NCBI GenBank assembly: GCA_043228905.1
Contig: JBHGNT010000016.1
Span: forward strand, 5,890,001 to 5,954,000
Direction: 5' to 3'
Length of the DNA stretch: 64,000 nucleotides
DNA from: Azolla caroliniana
Taxonomy: Eukaryota; Plantae; Polypodiophyta
The translations under genes were made by a program, and so were the position numbers. Positions 59,967 to 64,000 of the stretch are shown here, one piece after another; positions within the stretch are counted from its first letter, which is position 1; each line of letters opens with the position of its first letter. The notes beneath the pieces were generated by a model. The model worked only from the letters and a program-made list of their open reading frames with translations. It searched no databases and was not told where the DNA came from.

Positions 59967-60496
59967 GGCGAAGCAAGGCCAGAAGGAGCCGATTGGAAGA
60001 ACCGGTTGCCGCAGACACTAACACCACGATCCGACCTCAAGTTGAGCTTGAGGGGGAGTGTTGAGCGAGCAAGCTCAACCGGATCCGAATCGGCTGAATA
60101 AGCCTGAGCCGGATCAGTATCCGGATGGTATCCAGAAACAACCAGCCAGATCGGAGAGCCGGATTCGAGCGGGAACCAGAAGCCTAGTAGTAGCCTAGAC
60201 TACTAGGTAATCATTGTCTCATAGTTAGTGTCAGTGCGACTGACTTGTGAGCATTGAAGTACCTGTCAGTACTTCTATCAGTCCTTTATGGACTTGTATA
60301 AATAGTGTTGTTTAGCACGTCATATGTACAGAGTTTTAGAGTTAATTTTTTAATATAGTTTTATGCTCTACTCTCTTTGTCTCCTTTGTGTTTGGAGCTT
60401 TTCCATTAAACCTTCATCTCATTTTCTGTTGCTATCTGGCTGAGCCGGTTCTATCTAACACTTCCGCACATTAACATTCACACCACGGGTGCACAT

Positions 60497-61215
60497 TGTC
60501 ACGTTGTGCGTGTAGAAGGGGCGGGACCACGGGGGTCTCGGACTAGGGAGTAGAGGAGAAAGAATAAGATATGATATGGAAGCTTAGCTCAAGAGGAGAA
60601 GAGGAAAGAATAAGACCATGACATAGAAGGAGAGATCGGCAGAGGCAAGATACTCAACAAGTTATATTAAAACAAACGAGTGATTACAACAATGGTGGAT
60701 GCATGGGCCGCACCAAACGACTATGAGAAAAACCTTAACCAAGGATGAATAAGGAAACCCTAAACGAAACCCTAACCCTAAAACGGTAAGAACTCTAGAC
60801 TAAGTGGTATACCTCTCATACGCAAAATAGGCAACCCCTTCAAAAGGGCCCCCTCACTCCCTTTTATAGTGGTAAGGGGTGAGGCACAATACAATAGGAG
60901 TGGTCAATTCCCCTTTCATTCAAAGGAGAATATTGCCCCGATCTCGAGATTGATGGGCCTTAACTCTCTCTCCTCTAGCCATCCTACTCAATGCCCATCA
61001 CTCTTACACTCATTCTCTATGTACCTCCCTCTAGTCTACAAAGTGCACATCACATTTGTACTTAACAACTTTGTAGAGCACCTTAACTCATTACACCTTA
61101 CATTTGCTTATTTGTCCCTATGTTACAATTTCCCTAAGTTCATGTGCAATGTTGCACATCGTCGTTTTCTCTATCCCGCTCAGTTTTCTCACCATGGACG
61201 AAAAACATCCCGACA
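60497..61215 (-). mobile_element. Phygy-like solo LTR
   Basis: Minus strand TGTCGGGATG...GACCCCCGTGGTCCCGCC..AACGTGACA, with TSD ACAT/ACGT. Confidence 0.85.
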
Positions 61216-62010
61216 ACGTGTTGTGATGTGTGTGCATGTTGAGCCATTATGTGTCGCGGCATGTTTCCTCTTTTGGTCCGGAGGCTCGTCGTTTGTATAT
61301 AAGAGGGTGCGAAGAGCCGGTGAGTGTGCGTGTGCTCTCCCTCTCCTCAAACCAGTTGCTTCCGGCTTGCATCCGGAATTGTCCCGGTTGGTGCCACAAC
61401 CGGCCTAGCCGGTTTTGGAGAGAGTCGGCCTCCCAACATCCATCTCTTCCTCGTCTGTGACCCCGGTGGTCCCGCCCGATCTGACATGTTCTCACGGAAT
61501 TCCGCGACAACGGGTGCGTGGGAAAGCTCGTGGTTGACCGAGGGGAGTTGGACACACAAGAAGCAGAGGAGTTATTCAACCGACTAGTGGTCAAGATCTC
61601 CCTCACCACAATGTACAATCTGGAAGCCAATGGGAAGGTCAAACGCGAGCACGAGCCGATTGTGAAAGCGTTAGTACACGCATGCGATGGACAGGTTGGA
61701 AACTGGCCAAGACTACTTCCTTATGTTTTATTGGCCGACCGGACTATGCACAGTGTTCTTATCTCTGTTCTAATCCTGTTACGTGTGTATCCGTGTGAGC
61801 CCGTGAGCTCGTTGTTGTTTTGTGGTTACCAGTTCGGAGCAATATTTGTCTCTAAGCCCGACCGCTCATCATCCAGTATCCAAGAATCAATCCAGACCAG
61901 ATACGTGTTTGGAACCACTACAGACGACCTTCCCTCTATCATCGGCTCCTTGGTCTGAGACCCCAACGGTCCTACCTCGTTTCAACACATACCCACGGAA
62001 AACTGTGACA

Positions 62011-62832
62011 ATGGGGGCATTGATGAATGCGTGTTTGAGTGAGTCGAACACATTTTGTGTCATCAAGGTCCATAAAAAGGGAGTACCTTTGTGGGTGAGG
62101 GTGATAAAAGGTTGGGCTAGGGTGGAAAACCCCTTGATGCAGCGACAATAATACTTTGCGAAGCCGAGGAAGGATTGCACATCGTGGAGTCACCCACTCC
62201 CGAATTATTGAGACCTTCTTCATATCCATCATGATGCCAGTGGGCGAGATGATGTAGCCTAGGAATTCAATCGAGGTACAATCGTGCTCCTAAAGTTTAG
62301 CAAGAACTAATCGAACTTGGCGGGTGTGCTCCGCCATGTTTGGCGAAAAAATGAGAATATCATCAAGGTAGATGACCATGAAATGATCGAGATATTCTCG
62401 GAATATATCATTCATCATATGTTGAAAAACAGTTGGGACGTTAGTAAGGCCGAAAGGAATTACCGTGTATTCAAAATGCCCACACCGTGTTCGGAATGCA
62501 GTTTTCCATTCATCACTAGTCTTGATGCGTACCAGATTGTGCACGCCACGCAAATAAACTTTGGAGAAGGCACATGCAGTGCGGAGCTAGTCGAGGAGTT
62601 CAAGAATCAAAGGGAGCGGATAGTGGTTGCGCACAATGAGTTTGCTAAGACCCCGGTAGTCTACACATAAGCGTAGAGAGACGTCCTTCTTCTTCATGAA
62701 TAATATGTGGGGCCCGGTCGACGACTTAGAAGGTTGAATAAATCCTTTCGTGAGGTTCTCATCAAGATACACTCGAAGGGCCTTTAGCTCTAGTGTAGAC
62801 AACACATATAGAGGACCAAAGGGTGGACACGT
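62011..62832 (-). pseudogene. pol: Chromovirus G RT (decayed)
   Basis: Motifs [30 protein letters not shown] and SFLGFA. Confidence 0.9.
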
Positions 62833-63420
62833 TGTCGTGGAAATACCCGTGTGTGGCTTGGGCGGGACCACTGGGATCTTGAACTTAGGAGTAAAAGGGA
62901 GGAATGGAAGGTCAACCCTTACAGCCTCCGAGCTCAAAAGGGGAAGAACAATGTGCGAAGGATTAACACGACCAAGAACTAACTGAGACAAGGTTCATCA
63001 AACAAATTCCATTACGAGGCACAAAAGCCAGAATATGATTACAATCGCGGCCATATAGACCGAACTCAAGCACAACTAGAAGAACCTAACCAGATAGGAA
63101 GAAGACCTAAACCCTAATCGAGAGAAAGGAAAATAATAGAAAAGGGAACCTAGAACCAAAACCCTAAAACGAAATAGGGATAACACGAAGAAGAAGAAAA
63201 GAAACCCTAACGGTCTACCTCAAAACGACAAAATGGCGACCTCCTCAATGGTGCCTCCTCACCCCCTTTTACAAAAGGAGAGGCCAAATATTCCACACTT
63301 TTCAAAGAGGGATATTTGCCTTGGTTTTAGGAGGAGAGATTGATAGGACCTTAACTCCCTCTCCTCTCATTTTCACACACACACACACACCACCATGCCT
63401 ACTACTTATTACACCCATAG
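62833..63420 (-). mobile_element. Phygy-like LTR (U5 end at 62833; other end unclear)
   Basis: Minus strand ...CCCAGTGGTCCCGCC...TTCCACGACA. Resembles 60497-61215. Flank is ACGT. Confidence 0.7.
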
Positions 63421-63427
63421 ATTGACA

Positions 63428-64000
63428 TATTCGCATTCGTTGGGTTTTCTATTTGAATGCAAACGAATACGAATACGAATGGGTGGTCAAGTATTCGTTT
63501 AACTAAAAAAACAAAAAAACTCTACCTTTTTTAATTTCCTAGGATAAAAAAAAAGGAACCTGACAATTAATAGGGATAATAAAAGATGGACTTGGGGATT
63601 TGAGACTACTAAATTTTTATAATAAATGTATAACTTATAAGTTATAAGTATTCGTTTTATTTTTAATAAATAAATAAAATAAAATAAAGGCTCATTAATT
63701 TCTCACTTTTTATTCCCTCAAAATTTATGGATATTTTTATTTTGACATTAAAAATAGTACTTCAAACTAATCATATCTTCAAAGTTCATACTAATCATAT
63801 TTGCAGAATAAATATAAAAATATTCGTTTTTTAAAAATTAATTAATTAAAATAAGTTTTATATAATAGTTCTTTTTTTGGTGAAATAAATTTATTTAAAT
63901 AAATAAATAAATATTTTATATTTATTTTGCAAAACGAATGGTTTTCTAATATTCTTAGGGCCATTTCGTGTGTCAATCTATGATTACACCCTTACTCCCA
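63428..64000. repeat. AT-rich tract with repeated CGAATA/TATTCG motifs (possible non-autonomous DNA transposon)
   Basis: CGAATACGAATACGAAT at 63464, with TATTCG at 63428, 63492, 63649 and 63821. No termini identified. Confidence 0.3.

Larger units (their letters stand above)
37877..60482 (+). mobile_element. Older Copia element E (partial 5' LTR 37877-38095, PBS 38096-38107, gag-PR deleted, 3' LTR 60059-60482)
   Basis: The LTR copies align and end TTAACATTCACA. INT (FIDDYSR, SDGG) starts ~40 bp after the PBS and resumes at 57295. Confidence 0.88.
37426..61509 (+). mobile_element. Phygy-like solo LTR K (37426-37876 + 60483-60496 + 61216-61509) hosting Copia E
   Basis: TGTGGTGAAG...CCGCGACA with an exact ACGG TSD at 37422 and 61510. 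The pieces sum to ~760 bp. Confidence 0.78.
32802..62010 (+). mobile_element. Phygy-like element J, expanded to 29 kb by nesting (5' LTR 32802-33645, PBS 33650-33667, partial 3' LTR 61753-62010)
   Basis: LTR segments 33383-33645 and 61753-62010 align. Flanks ACGA/ATGG reconstruct ACGG and restore the host AFINAP-V-LLHTDP. Confidence 0.82.

Overview
This window is eukaryotic heterochromatin-like DNA, most likely from a non-seed land plant (bryophyte, lycophyte or fern; inferred from the TE lineages present). It consists almost entirely of nested retrotransposons, and no host gene is evident. Contents: (i) three intact, very young Tnt1/Tork-like Ty1/Copia elements (14364-19693 minus, 21228-26709 plus, 39784-45255 plus), with (near-)identical LTRs, 5-bp TSDs, a tRNA-iMet PBS and one open polyprotein each; (ii) an older Copia family with two PPTs; (iii) two decayed Tcn1-like chromoviruses, one of them split across 43 kb; (iv) many non-chromoviral Ty3/Gypsy (Phygy-like) elements and solo LTRs primed by tRNA-Trp, including two gag-only non-autonomous elements with an internal repeat array; (v) a TSD-bounded L1-like LINE that lacks its RT domain. 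Nesting reaches about 7 levels. The most striking signal is that the Trp-primed Gypsy lineage makes 4-bp TSDs centred on CpG (N-CG-N) at 11 of 13 readable junctions, whereas the four Copia TSDs contain no CpG. This points to CpG-directed, possibly methyl-CpG-directed, integration without a chromodomain. All counts and alignments were made by eye.
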